Below are positions 36,489 to 45,112 of a stretch of 64,000 nt of DNA, piece by piece. This DNA comes from Candidatus Bathyarchaeia archaeon (GTDB taxonomy: Archaea; Thermoproteota; Bathyarchaeia; Bathyarchaeales; Bathycorpusculaceae). The stretch lies in NCBI GenBank assembly GCA_049970895.1, contig JBMFMB010000005.1, positions 1-64,000 on the forward strand, given 5' to 3'. The notes beneath the pieces are model-generated. The model did no database searches and was not told where the DNA came from. It was given only the letters and a program-made list of their open reading frames with translations. The translations under genes and the position numbers were made by a program. Position 1 is the first letter of the stretch; each line of letters opens with the position of its first letter.

Positions 36489-36697
36489 GGCTAGTCAATT
36501 TAAAGTTATCCAGCTTTTAAATTTGACCAGCTTGCGGTGATAATTTAGAGGGGGAGGGGTAGAAAATAAGCTTTGCCAAAGGCCATTTTCTATAGGGGAT
36601 AGGCTATTATTGGCTTTTCCTGTATCCAAAAATTGTTGGAAATTCTAAAACTGAGGGGCTACCAATTTTGCAGTTTTCGGCTATCAGCAAAATTGAC
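36489..36697 (+). repeat. Dispersed hairpin-rich non-coding element, long copy
   Basis: Both ends match the reverse complement of 61839-61945. GTCAATTT...AAATTGAC terminal inverted repeat, plus about 100 nt of extra middle sequence. Confidence 0.8.
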
Positions 36698-36762
36698 ATT
36701 TATAAGCTAAGCTAAATTATATTTCACAGAAGCACGATTCTAATTCGCGGACTAATGGTGGA

Positions 36763-38487
36763 ATGTTGACTCGGAAAAGCAAACAGCCAACTGGAAACAT
36801 GGAAAAATATGTTTTAAACCTATGTAGGCATATTGCTAACTCCCGTCCCATCACGGGCGTATGCCTATGCGGCGGCAGCTCAGCACTTGGAAATCTTGAA
36901 GGAAAAGCGCCATTGGAAGTCTTGCTTATAATTGATGGCTTCAAGCCTAAAATAATGAGCTACATTAAATTCTTCCACGACACAGCGGTCATAGTTTTCG
37001 CCGTTGACAGGTGGATTTTTGAAAAGGACGTGGAGCGAGGTTTTCTTGGCGAAGCCTTCGCTGTTCAACTTCTTTTCCCATACAAGCCGCTGGCAAACGC
37101 CGAATATTTAAAAGCCAAAGAGATTGAGCTGAAAAGGCGCCTAATACGTGAAATTTTGAAAAATCTTGTTATAGAATTCCCAGAACTCTGCTATGCAATC
37201 CACATAAAACCAGAATATTTCTTGTATGAAGCGGTACAAAGCAGGGTAAGGCTTTTTCCACTAATTCGCTATATGCTGGCAAACTTTCCACATGAAGACA
37301 TTGAGACAGAAAATTCGCGCATTATGATGGAAGGCTTTTTCCAGGCGTTGGAAACTTTGGAAAAGGAAAAGGTGATTACACGCGTAAATGGGTACATAAA
37401 AATCTCAAAGGATTTTGCCGACTCCTTAAGGAGTCGAAAAGTCAGCTTCACAAACATTCTCAAAACTGCACAGAAAACCTTATTCATGTCCCTTTTTGGG
37501 GCCTTCCCCAAAATTTTCACAGCTCTGTCGCAGAATAAGGATTTACTTCAAAGGCTAAGGAGCATTAACCGAGAAACATTAAAGGGCTCATATTATTTGG
37601 AAAGTTCTAAAAGGTTCCTTTTTGTTCCAACAGCCAAAGGCTTGGCACCTCTAGCCACGAAAACCAGTGTTAAAGAGCTTACAAGGAAAATTCTATCGGC
37701 AGATCAAAACGCAGACATTATCATCGAAGATTTGGGCGGCGTTTTTAATGATGTTTACCTAGTTAAGGCATACGCAAACGGAAAGGAGCTTAAAGCCGTT
37801 GTAAAAACCTTTAAAGACTGGTCAAATCTGAAATGGCTTCCAATAAATATATGGACCCTTGGAACGAAAACCTTTGCTCTCCTCGGGCAGACGAGACTTG
37901 AAAGGGAATGTGCTGCAAACCAATTTTTGTATAGGAGAGGCTTCCCAGTTCCAAAACTTTTGGCTATAAACCATGATGAAAGACTTGTTTTCATGGAATA
38001 CATTGAAGGTGAGAGCCTTGAAAAAATAATTAAGAAAATTGCAAACATGAAAAATGGGGAAGCGGTTAGCGATAAATATGTGAAAATTTTGCATAAGGTT
38101 GGGGAGACATTTGCCAGAGTCCACGCCCTAAACATGGCATTAGGGGACACAAAACCAGAAAACATCTTAGTTGGGAAAAACGGCGAAATCTACCTTCTAG
38201 ACCTTGAACAGTCTTCAAGAGGAGGCGATAAAGCATGGGACATAGCCGAATTCCTCTACTATGCTGGGCATTACATTCCACCGCTTGTAGGTACAAGTCC
38301 CGCCGAAATCATAACCAAAGCTTTCATTAGAGGCTATTTGAATGCTGGAGGAGACATAAAAAGCGTGAAGGAAGCTGGAAAAACAAAATACACAAAGGTT
38401 TTCAGCGTTTTTGCCTTCCCCCACATAATTTTTGCAATATCAAACATTTGTAGAAAAGCAGACGAGCTGGGATTGATGGATGGTTAA
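36763..38487 (+). CDS. Degenerate nucleotidyltransferase-like N-domain fused to Kdo/Bud32/RIO-like kinase
   Basis: C-terminal GGVFNDVY, VVK, E, MEYIEG, GDTKPEN, LDLEQ, WDIAEFLYY. N-terminal DVERGFLGE NTase-like region. Confidence 0.75.
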   Translation: MLTRKSKQPTGNMEKYVLNLCRHIANSRPITGVCLCGGSSALGNLEGKAPLEVLLIIDGFKPKIMSYIKFFHDTAVIVFAVDRWIFEKDVERGFLGEAFAVQLLFPYKPLANAEYLKAKEIELKRRLIREILKNLVIEFPELCYAIHIKPEYFLYEAVQSRVRLFPLIRYMLANFPHEDIETENSRIMMEGFFQALETLEKEKVITRVNGYIKISKDFADSLRSRKVSFTNILKTAQKTLFMSLFGAFPKIFTALSQNKDLLQRLRSINRETLKGSYYLESSKRFLFVPTAKGLAPLATKTSVKELTRKILSADQNADIIIEDLGGVFNDVYLVKAYANGKELKAVVKTFKDWSNLKWLPINIWTLGTKTFALLGQTRLERECAANQFLYRRGFPVPKLLAINHDERLVFMEYIEGESLEKIIKKIANMKNGEAVSDKYVKILHKVGETFARVHALNMALGDTKPENILVGKNGEIYLLDLEQSSRGGDKAWDIAEFLYYAGHYIPPLVGTSPAEIITKAFIRGYLNAGGDIKSVKEAGKTKYTKVFSVFAFPHIIFAISNICRKADELGLMDG

Positions 38488-39838
38488 AGAAAAAACCACC
38501 CTAACTTTTTATGGCGGGGTAAATGAGGTAGGTGGAAACAAGATTCTGCTGAAAGATGGCGACGTAAAGGTTTTCTTTGATTTCGGCATGTCCTTTGCCC
38601 TAAAAAGGCAGTATTATTCTCCGCCACTGCTTTCGCCTAAAAGCGAAAAAAGCCTGCAAGAGCTCGGCGTACTACCAAAAATCGACGGTATCTACAAGTT
38701 TGATGATAAGCCACCAGATGTTGACGCGGTCTTCATTTCCCACGGGCACATGGACCACTCGGCCTACTTATCCTTCATCAAGAGGGAAATCCCAGTTTAC
38801 TGCGGCGAAACAACAAGGATTATCCTACAAGCCTTTGGGGAAATCCGCAAAACAGACTTAGAATTTAACGTGGATGGCATACTCTTTAAGGATTTCAGAA
38901 CAGGCAAAACCGTCAACGTGGACAGCGGCTTAAAAGTTGAACCAATACACGTGGACCATTCTGTTCCAGGAGCATATGGATTCATAATCCACACCTCCAG
39001 CGGCGCTATTGTCTATACGGGGGATTTCCGTGTCCATGGGGCAAAGCCAGAAATGACCCGAGAATTTGTGGAAAAAGCCGAAGAAGCAGAACCAGTTGCT
39101 GTCATCACAGAAGCCACCAACATGACTGGAGCCACCGTTTCCTCGGAAGTTGAAGTTGAAAGGAAGCTAAACCAAATTGTCGAGCAGACGGACGGCATTG
39201 TGTTTGCAGAGTTCGCATCCACAGATGTTGATAGGCTTAACTCCTTCTATCGAGTTGCCAAGAAGAATGGACGTTGCCTTGCCGTTTCACTTAGACAAGC
39301 CTATTTGATGGACACCCTCCGCAGCGACAAAAGACTGAATATTCCACGCTTGGAGGATGAGAATATGTTGATTTTTCGAAAATCGAAAAAGCCTACAGAA
39401 GGCAAGGAGCGACTGCGCAATTGGGAAAGGCAACTTCTTGAACGCTACTCTAGCAAGGTTGTGGACAGCGAACAAGTTTCGAAGCAACAATGCAGAATAA
39501 TCTTGACTATGTCCTTTTATGATTTAGAGCAGTTGGTGGAAATAAAACCGCAGTCCGGAAGCTGCTACATATCCTCATCATCAGAACCCTTCAACGAGGA
39601 AATGGAAATAGACTATGAAAAGCTTGTGAACTGGCTTAGGCACTATGGACTACCCCAATACCACGTCCACGTTTCGGGACACATAATGCCCCTACAGTTA
39701 AAGGCCGTTCTAAAGGAAATTGGCGCAAAGACAATTTTTCCAGTGCATACTGAAAATGCAGAACTCTTCGCCAAATTCATGCAAAACTCAAAAAGCCAAA
39801 TTGTGCTTGCTGAAAAGGGCAAGGAATATCCGCTTTAA
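38480..39838 (+). CDS. MBL-fold/beta-CASP hydrolase (RNase J-like)
   Basis: GGVNEVGGN, DFG, SHGHMDH, VDHS, YTGDFR, HVSGH, PVHTE. Confidence 0.88.
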   Translation: MVKEKTTLTFYGGVNEVGGNKILLKDGDVKVFFDFGMSFALKRQYYSPPLLSPKSEKSLQELGVLPKIDGIYKFDDKPPDVDAVFISHGHMDHSAYLSFIKREIPVYCGETTRIILQAFGEIRKTDLEFNVDGILFKDFRTGKTVNVDSGLKVEPIHVDHSVPGAYGFIIHTSSGAIVYTGDFRVHGAKPEMTREFVEKAEEAEPVAVITEATNMTGATVSSEVEVERKLNQIVEQTDGIVFAEFASTDVDRLNSFYRVAKKNGRCLAVSLRQAYLMDTLRSDKRLNIPRLEDENMLIFRKSKKPTEGKERLRNWERQLLERYSSKVVDSEQVSKQQCRIILTMSFYDLEQLVEIKPQSGSCYISSSSEPFNEEMEIDYEKLVNWLRHYGLPQYHVHVSGHIMPLQLKAVLKEIGAKTIFPVHTENAELFAKFMQNSKSQIVLAEKGKEYPL

Positions 39839-39993
39839 CCAAGTATATTTTTCGGTTGCACTTCACTAACAAGTAGCGTTACCCCTCTATGCTCTATATT
39901 CTGGGTTTAAAGGTTTAATCATTAGGTTTTGTAGTGTTTTAGGGTGCATAACCTATAAGTTTAGCCTGGAATCTTAATACTTGCGATAAAAAC

Positions 39994-40233
39994 ATGAGGG
40001 CCGCACCAAAAATCCAACGACGAATACTGATATTAATCCACAGCTTAGGATTAAGCTGCTTAGGAGGAGCCATATTCCTCCAAATCCTAGTCTTCATGGA
40101 CATACTACAACACGGCTACTTCATGGCTGTGGAAAACAATCCAGCAATACTAACATTCGAAATAATCTTAACATTCTTCGCCCTTATCTACTTCATATAC
40201 ATGTACCAACGCTTCATCCGTTCAATAAAATAG
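39994..40233 (+). CDS. Small two-TM membrane protein
   Basis: Two hydrophobic helices around GYFMAVENNP. Confidence 0.65.
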   Translation: MRAAPKIQRRILILIHSLGLSCLGGAIFLQILVFMDILQHGYFMAVENNPAILTFEIILTFFALIYFIYMYQRFIRSIK

Positions 40234-40355
40234 TTACAAATAAACACGATTTTTTAAAAAAATTCTGATAAAAAACTGCAAATAGCAAAATACCGATTTA
40301 AAATTGTTAAATAAACCTATCGAGGATTAAGGCGAATTAATACGGTGAGAGCGAT

Positions 40356-41123
40356 ATGAATCGAAAGGCGGTGAAAGTGTTATTATCGTGCTTAATCCTT
40401 CTATTGGTCCACATACATAATGTTAAAGCACAAAACAAAACAGGCATAGAGACATTCCTTGATATTAAAATTCCCGGCATAAAAGTGCAGGTTAACGCAA
40501 CTTCAGAAGCGCAACCCACCGGCCTTATCAACATTAGCTTAGGTTTAACATCTGAAGCTACAACGATTTACATTAAAACCATGAATCTAACCATATATGG
40601 TTTTATAAATGGAACTGAAAAAATTAAAATACACAGCAAAGTAACTGGCAACTTCACACTTGATAAAGCTAAACAATATGTCTACCAAAATGAAACAGTT
40701 ATACCAGAAAATGTTTACGGCATAACGTACGGAGAGATTGACATAGCCTATAATGCCACAGTCAAAGATGAACTCGGATTTAAACATTCGTACCCGTTTC
40801 ATGATAAATTTGGCTTCACCATGACACGCGTACAAAACATTCGAATGAAAGTGATTGAAGAGCAGCTTACAAATCTAATCAGCTTCATCAATCAGCTTAA
40901 CCAGACCTTTCAAGCATGCTTTGGAAAAAGCCTTACAGCAGATGATTTGCTGAGTCTTAATCAAACCTATTGGCAGCTTAAGCATCAATGTGAGAGTCTT
41001 AGCAAAGTGCAAAGTGAACTTGATAACACAAGGGCAACAGTTGCTATTCTCGGTGTAACAACAGTCATTTTTCTCGCCACGACCGCTTACCTTCTATTTC
41101 GAAAACCCAAAAGTTATTGGTAA
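40356..41123 (+). CDS. Secreted, C-terminally anchored surface protein
   Basis: Signal peptide, multiple N-x-T/S sequons, coiled coil, C-terminal TM followed by RKPK. AT-rich. Confidence 0.7.
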   Translation: MNRKAVKVLLSCLILLLVHIHNVKAQNKTGIETFLDIKIPGIKVQVNATSEAQPTGLINISLGLTSEATTIYIKTMNLTIYGFINGTEKIKIHSKVTGNFTLDKAKQYVYQNETVIPENVYGITYGEIDIAYNATVKDELGFKHSYPFHDKFGFTMTRVQNIRMKVIEEQLTNLISFINQLNQTFQACFGKSLTADDLLSLNQTYWQLKHQCESLSKVQSELDNTRATVAILGVTTVIFLATTAYLLFRKPKSYW

Positions 41124-41139
41124 CTCTTCAATATCCTCT

Positions 41140-42423
41140 TCATTTTTTGTGTAAGTTTTGGGCTGCTATAAATGTTAAGCCTTTTTCTGTTAAGGCTTTG
41201 GCTGTTCTGTTTACTGCATCATGCTTGTCCAGGTAGTTGGCTAAAAGTTTTGGCATGAGCCCCTTTTCCATTATTTCCTTCTTTGGCATGAAGTAGTCAA
41301 GTATGTCTGATGGGTGCTCGCGGGTTTTCTCAACTTCTGGTGGTGCACCCTCGTGTTTGGCGCTTATGTTTTTCACATGGTCTGCTACTTCCAAAAGTTC
41401 GTTTAGGCGGTCGTATGGTTGCCTCACAATGCTTTTGTAGGCTTCTGTTATGTGGTGCTCTATACGTACAACATCTTCGAAGTCAAAAGTCTTGCGGATG
41501 TAGGCTGAAAGCTCAATGGTGCTGTTGTCCACAGAATTGGAAAGGTTAAATCCAATTAGGGGTGTTGTGCCGTCATCTCTGCTGAAAAGTTTCGCCATCG
41601 TAAGAATCCACAGAATTGAGTAGGGGTTGTCTATTCCGAGGAAAACCGAGATTTTAAATTCCATGTCTATTCCAAGCTTATGCAGTAAAAACCCCAGCAG
41701 AACGGTTCCAATGTTTGTGTTTAAAACTTGCCTTACGCCATATTCTGTGTAATAGTGCAAGTACTCTTCAACCCATTTTAGGGCATACTCGTTTGGAACA
41801 CCAACACCACCGAAATACCCCGTTATAGTTTCTGGACCACCAAGATGAACGTTTATTGGCTTGCCATCCGATCCCAGCATGGTGCCTTTTGTGTCCAGTG
41901 TCTGCACATAAGAAGCCCCAATAATTTGCATTGCGGCGGCAAAAGCCAAAATGTCGCCGTCTTCAACTTGCTCCTTCATTGAGCGGACGCGGATGTAGCG
42001 GGCTGGCATTAAGTCTTGCTGCCTAATAGCCTTCTTAGCCTCTTCAATAAGCCATGGGAAAAAGTTGCAAGCACTAATTTCAAGGGTTACAGCAAAGGAC
42101 TCGTCAAAACGCATGGAATCCGCCTTTTTCCCAAGGATTTTTCTGCGGTATTCTGGTATGCTTATGAAGGCCCCTTTATCCCGCTGCTTTATCAGCCACT
42201 CTAGGTCTTTCAAGAAGGGAGACTTTTTCTCTTCAAGGCGTTTCATTAAGTTTTCAAGCTTGCCATTTTCTCTGGCTTTACGGTTTATTTCCTCAACTCC
42301 ACCATTCTCGTCAATAATTTTAAGGATTCCATTAATGAGGGGGTTATCCTCCCTCAAAAGGAAAGCATTAACCTCTTTCAGGTTTTCCTCATTTATCAGC
42401 ATTTTCTCTCTTATCGCCTTCAA
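41140..42423 (-). CDS. Hypothetical soluble protein of unknown function
   Basis: 427-aa intact ORF with motif-like blocks (LEISAC, RYIRVR, TLDTKG, HLGGPETITGYFGG, EHHITE, SAKHEG). No family recognised. Confidence 0.75.
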   Translation of the reverse strand: MKAIREKMLINEENLKEVNAFLLREDNPLINGILKIIDENGGVEEINRKARENGKLENLMKRLEEKKSPFLKDLEWLIKQRDKGAFISIPEYRRKILGKKADSMRFDESFAVTLEISACNFFPWLIEEAKKAIRQQDLMPARYIRVRSMKEQVEDGDILAFAAAMQIIGASYVQTLDTKGTMLGSDGKPINVHLGGPETITGYFGGVGVPNEYALKWVEEYLHYYTEYGVRQVLNTNIGTVLLGFLLHKLGIDMEFKISVFLGIDNPYSILWILTMAKLFSRDDGTTPLIGFNLSNSVDNSTIELSAYIRKTFDFEDVVRIEHHITEAYKSIVRQPYDRLNELLEVADHVKNISAKHEGAPPEVEKTREHPSDILDYFMPKKEIMEKGLMPKLLANYLDKHDAVNRTAKALTEKGLTFIAAQNLHKK

Positions 42424-42507
42424 ACGGTTTCCTCCAGCAAATTCGCATAACTACATATTCAAAGCTTAAATTGTTTAACATTTATGGTAATTCAAGGAAG
42501 GAAAAAC

Positions 42508-43986
42508 ATGTTCAAACCAGAAGGAATTTTACCAGCACTTGTCACGCCCTTTACAGACGACGGAAAAGCCGTCGACATTGAAAAGCTGCGTTTCCTGGTA
42601 AATCGCTGCATAGAATTGGGCGTCCACGGCGTTGTCCCATGCGGCACAACAGGCGAGTTTGTAAACATGACCGTTGAGGAGCGAAAACAGGTCATTAAGG
42701 CCGTTGTGGACGAGGTTAATGGGAGAGTCCCAGTGATTGCCGGAACAGGAGCGAGTGGAACAGATCAAGCCCTGGAAATGACAAAGTATGCGAAGGATGT
42801 TGGCGCGGATGCTGCCCTCGTTGTTACGCCATTTTATTTGAAGCCTGCAGACCGTGGGATATATGAGCACTTTGACACTATAGCAAGCAAAGCCGACATG
42901 CCAATAATACTCTACAATATTCCACAGTGCACGGGTGTGCAGCTCACATGGCAGATGGTTGAGGACTTGGCTCAAATCCCAAACATTGTAGGCCTAAAAG
43001 ATAGCAGCGGACAACTCAGCTACATACTTGCAGTGCTGGAAAAGGTTAGGGACAAGATTAACGTTTTGTGTGGCCATGATGAAGTGGTTGTGGCGGCATT
43101 GGCTGCGGGTTGTTCAGGCGCCATCCTTGCAAGCGCCAACGTCATACCAGACATTTGGGTTCAAATATACAATCATGTGAAAAATGGCGAGTTGCAAAAA
43201 GCCAGAGAACTCCAATATAAGGTTCAGAAAATAGCCCGGATAATAGCCGGAAGTGGACCGGTTGGAGCTAAAGCCGCCCTAAACATGATGAGGATAAAAG
43301 TTGGCCCAGTAAGGCAGCCCCTAAGCGTTGGCGGCGAACTAACCTACGAGGCTAGGGAGGAACTCCGCTTAGACCTTGAAAAAATTGGAAAAATAGAGCC
43401 AAAACCAGTAACCTTCGAAATTGGAGAGAAACCCCTTGAGCAACGTTTCATGGCTATCGACATAACTCCAGAAATCATAAAGGACTTTAATCTTAGAGTG
43501 GGCGAAGCATTAGCCGGAACAGGAGCAGAAGTAGCCCACATAGACCTAATCATAGGCAGAAAAGATGGTCCTGTAGGTGTAGCCTTTGCCAAGGCTAAGG
43601 CGGCTCCAACTCCTGGACATGAGCCTTTATTGGCCATATTAGAACCAAACTTAACCGTTAAGCCCATAACGCTAATTGTTCCAACGGTTACGATAACAAG
43701 TATGCGGCAGGCAAGCCTCGTCTATGGGCCGGCTCAAACGGCTGTTGCTAAGGCTGTTTTGGACAGCGTTGCTGATGGCACAATACCGAAGGAAGCTGTG
43801 GAGGATCTAATCATTATTGCAAATGTTTTTGTGCATCCATCCGCCGTTGATAGGCAACGGGTTTACATAAACAATTATAAGGCTATGCGCCACGCCATCC
43901 GCAAAGCCGTAGAGGGAAGACCAACAATAGAAGAGCTTATGGAGAACAAAGAACGCGCGAAGCATCCCTTCAAATACACGCCCTAG
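42508..43986 (+). CDS. DapA/NAL-family aldolase fused to formaldehyde-activating enzyme (Fae)
   Basis: N-terminal ALVTPF, GTTGE, VTPFY, LYNIP, LKDSSG. C-terminal VGEAL...EVAHIDLIIG...PLLA..PNL.VKP...GPAQ.AVA.AV.D.V...HPF. Confidence 0.9.
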   Translation: MFKPEGILPALVTPFTDDGKAVDIEKLRFLVNRCIELGVHGVVPCGTTGEFVNMTVEERKQVIKAVVDEVNGRVPVIAGTGASGTDQALEMTKYAKDVGADAALVVTPFYLKPADRGIYEHFDTIASKADMPIILYNIPQCTGVQLTWQMVEDLAQIPNIVGLKDSSGQLSYILAVLEKVRDKINVLCGHDEVVVAALAAGCSGAILASANVIPDIWVQIYNHVKNGELQKARELQYKVQKIARIIAGSGPVGAKAALNMMRIKVGPVRQPLSVGGELTYEAREELRLDLEKIGKIEPKPVTFEIGEKPLEQRFMAIDITPEIIKDFNLRVGEALAGTGAEVAHIDLIIGRKDGPVGVAFAKAKAAPTPGHEPLLAILEPNLTVKPITLIVPTVTITSMRQASLVYGPAQTAVAKAVLDSVADGTIPKEAVEDLIIIANVFVHPSAVDRQRVYINNYKAMRHAIRKAVEGRPTIEELMENKERAKHPFKYTP

Positions 43987-43988
43987 GC

Positions 43989-44813
43989 GTGAAAACCTTG
44001 TCAAGCCAAAAAATAATGGATGGAGACCACGTACTGCTATATTTAAGGCAGAGGAAAACCTACCTCGTCAAAGTTGAAGCTGGAAAAACCTTCCACACCC
44101 ATAAAGGCTTCATAAAATTCGACGACCTCATCGGAAAAGAGTATGGTTCGGCTGTTTTAAGCAGTTTAGGCGTCCAATTTATAGCCCTAAAACCGTTGCT
44201 CCGCGACTACGTAATGAAGGCTGTTAGGCGAACCCAAATCACTTACCCAAAAGACATAGCCCTAACCATAATGTTCAGCGGAATAGGCCCCGGAAGCCGC
44301 GTTGTAGAAGCAGGAACAGGGACAGGTGCACTAACAACAGCCATAGCCCACTATGTTAAGCCAAACGGCCGCGTCTATAGCTATGAAGTTCGAAGAGAAT
44401 TTCTTGAAACGGCTGAGAAAAACATTAAACGTGCGGGTTTGATGGATTACGTGACGCTTAAAAACAAAGATATTACGGCTGGAATAGACGAAACTGACAT
44501 AGACGCCGTCATATTAGATATGGCAACACCATGGCTTGTTGCACCACATGCATATAAGGCATTAAAGCCCTGTGGAACCATAGTCTCCTTCAGCCCAACA
44601 ATAGACCAAGTTGTAAAAACTGTTGAAGCCCTAAAAGAAAATGGCTTTATTGACGTAGAAACCGTTGAATGCTTGTTAAGGGGGATGCAGATAGAAAGGG
44701 GTAAAACAAGACCCCAAACTTTAATGACGGCTCATACAGGCTACATAACCTTCGCAAGAAAAGCCTTAGCACCGCCAACTGAGATGGGAGAAAAGAAGCC
44801 CGATGACATCTGA
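43989..44813 (+). CDS. trmI: tRNA (adenine-57/58-N1)-methyltransferase
   Basis: FHTHKG, TQITYPKD, EAGTGTG, YEVR, LDMATPW, RP...HTGY. Confidence 0.93.
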   Translation: MKTLSSQKIMDGDHVLLYLRQRKTYLVKVEAGKTFHTHKGFIKFDDLIGKEYGSAVLSSLGVQFIALKPLLRDYVMKAVRRTQITYPKDIALTIMFSGIGPGSRVVEAGTGTGALTTAIAHYVKPNGRVYSYEVRREFLETAEKNIKRAGLMDYVTLKNKDITAGIDETDIDAVILDMATPWLVAPHAYKALKPCGTIVSFSPTIDQVVKTVEALKENGFIDVETVECLLRGMQIERGKTRPQTLMTAHTGYITFARKALAPPTEMGEKKPDDI

Positions 44814-45112
44814 AAGAGAAGCCATTTCAAATTGTTAAAAACACCAGCCGACTCAGCAGCTATCCTACTAGAGAAGATAAGAGGGATTGGAAAAGAGCTT
44901 AACGTTAAAACATTTCGAGCAGAAATCATGAGGACGGCTACAGCTACACCGTGGCATAAGAACAACATAATGAAATGCGTTGAAATTGGGCTAAGCCCAG
45001 ACAAGTTTCTTCAACTATGTTTTTGCTATGGAAAAGTCGCTAAGCCTTAGCTGATGAACAGCTGTTTTCGGAAACATTTTAATCACATAAGCAAAAATAA
45101 TAGTCTTTCAAA

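Noticed and set aside
42508-43400. Plain dapA (lysine biosynthesis) annotation
   Set aside because: The ASA-binding Arg is replaced by Cys, a Fae domain is fused, and no dapB, asd or lysC genes are nearby.
44803-45050. 72-aa ORF after trmI as a real gene
   Set aside because: No recognisable motif, and the nearby ATG (44803) is out of frame; it may be a remnant but cannot be supported.
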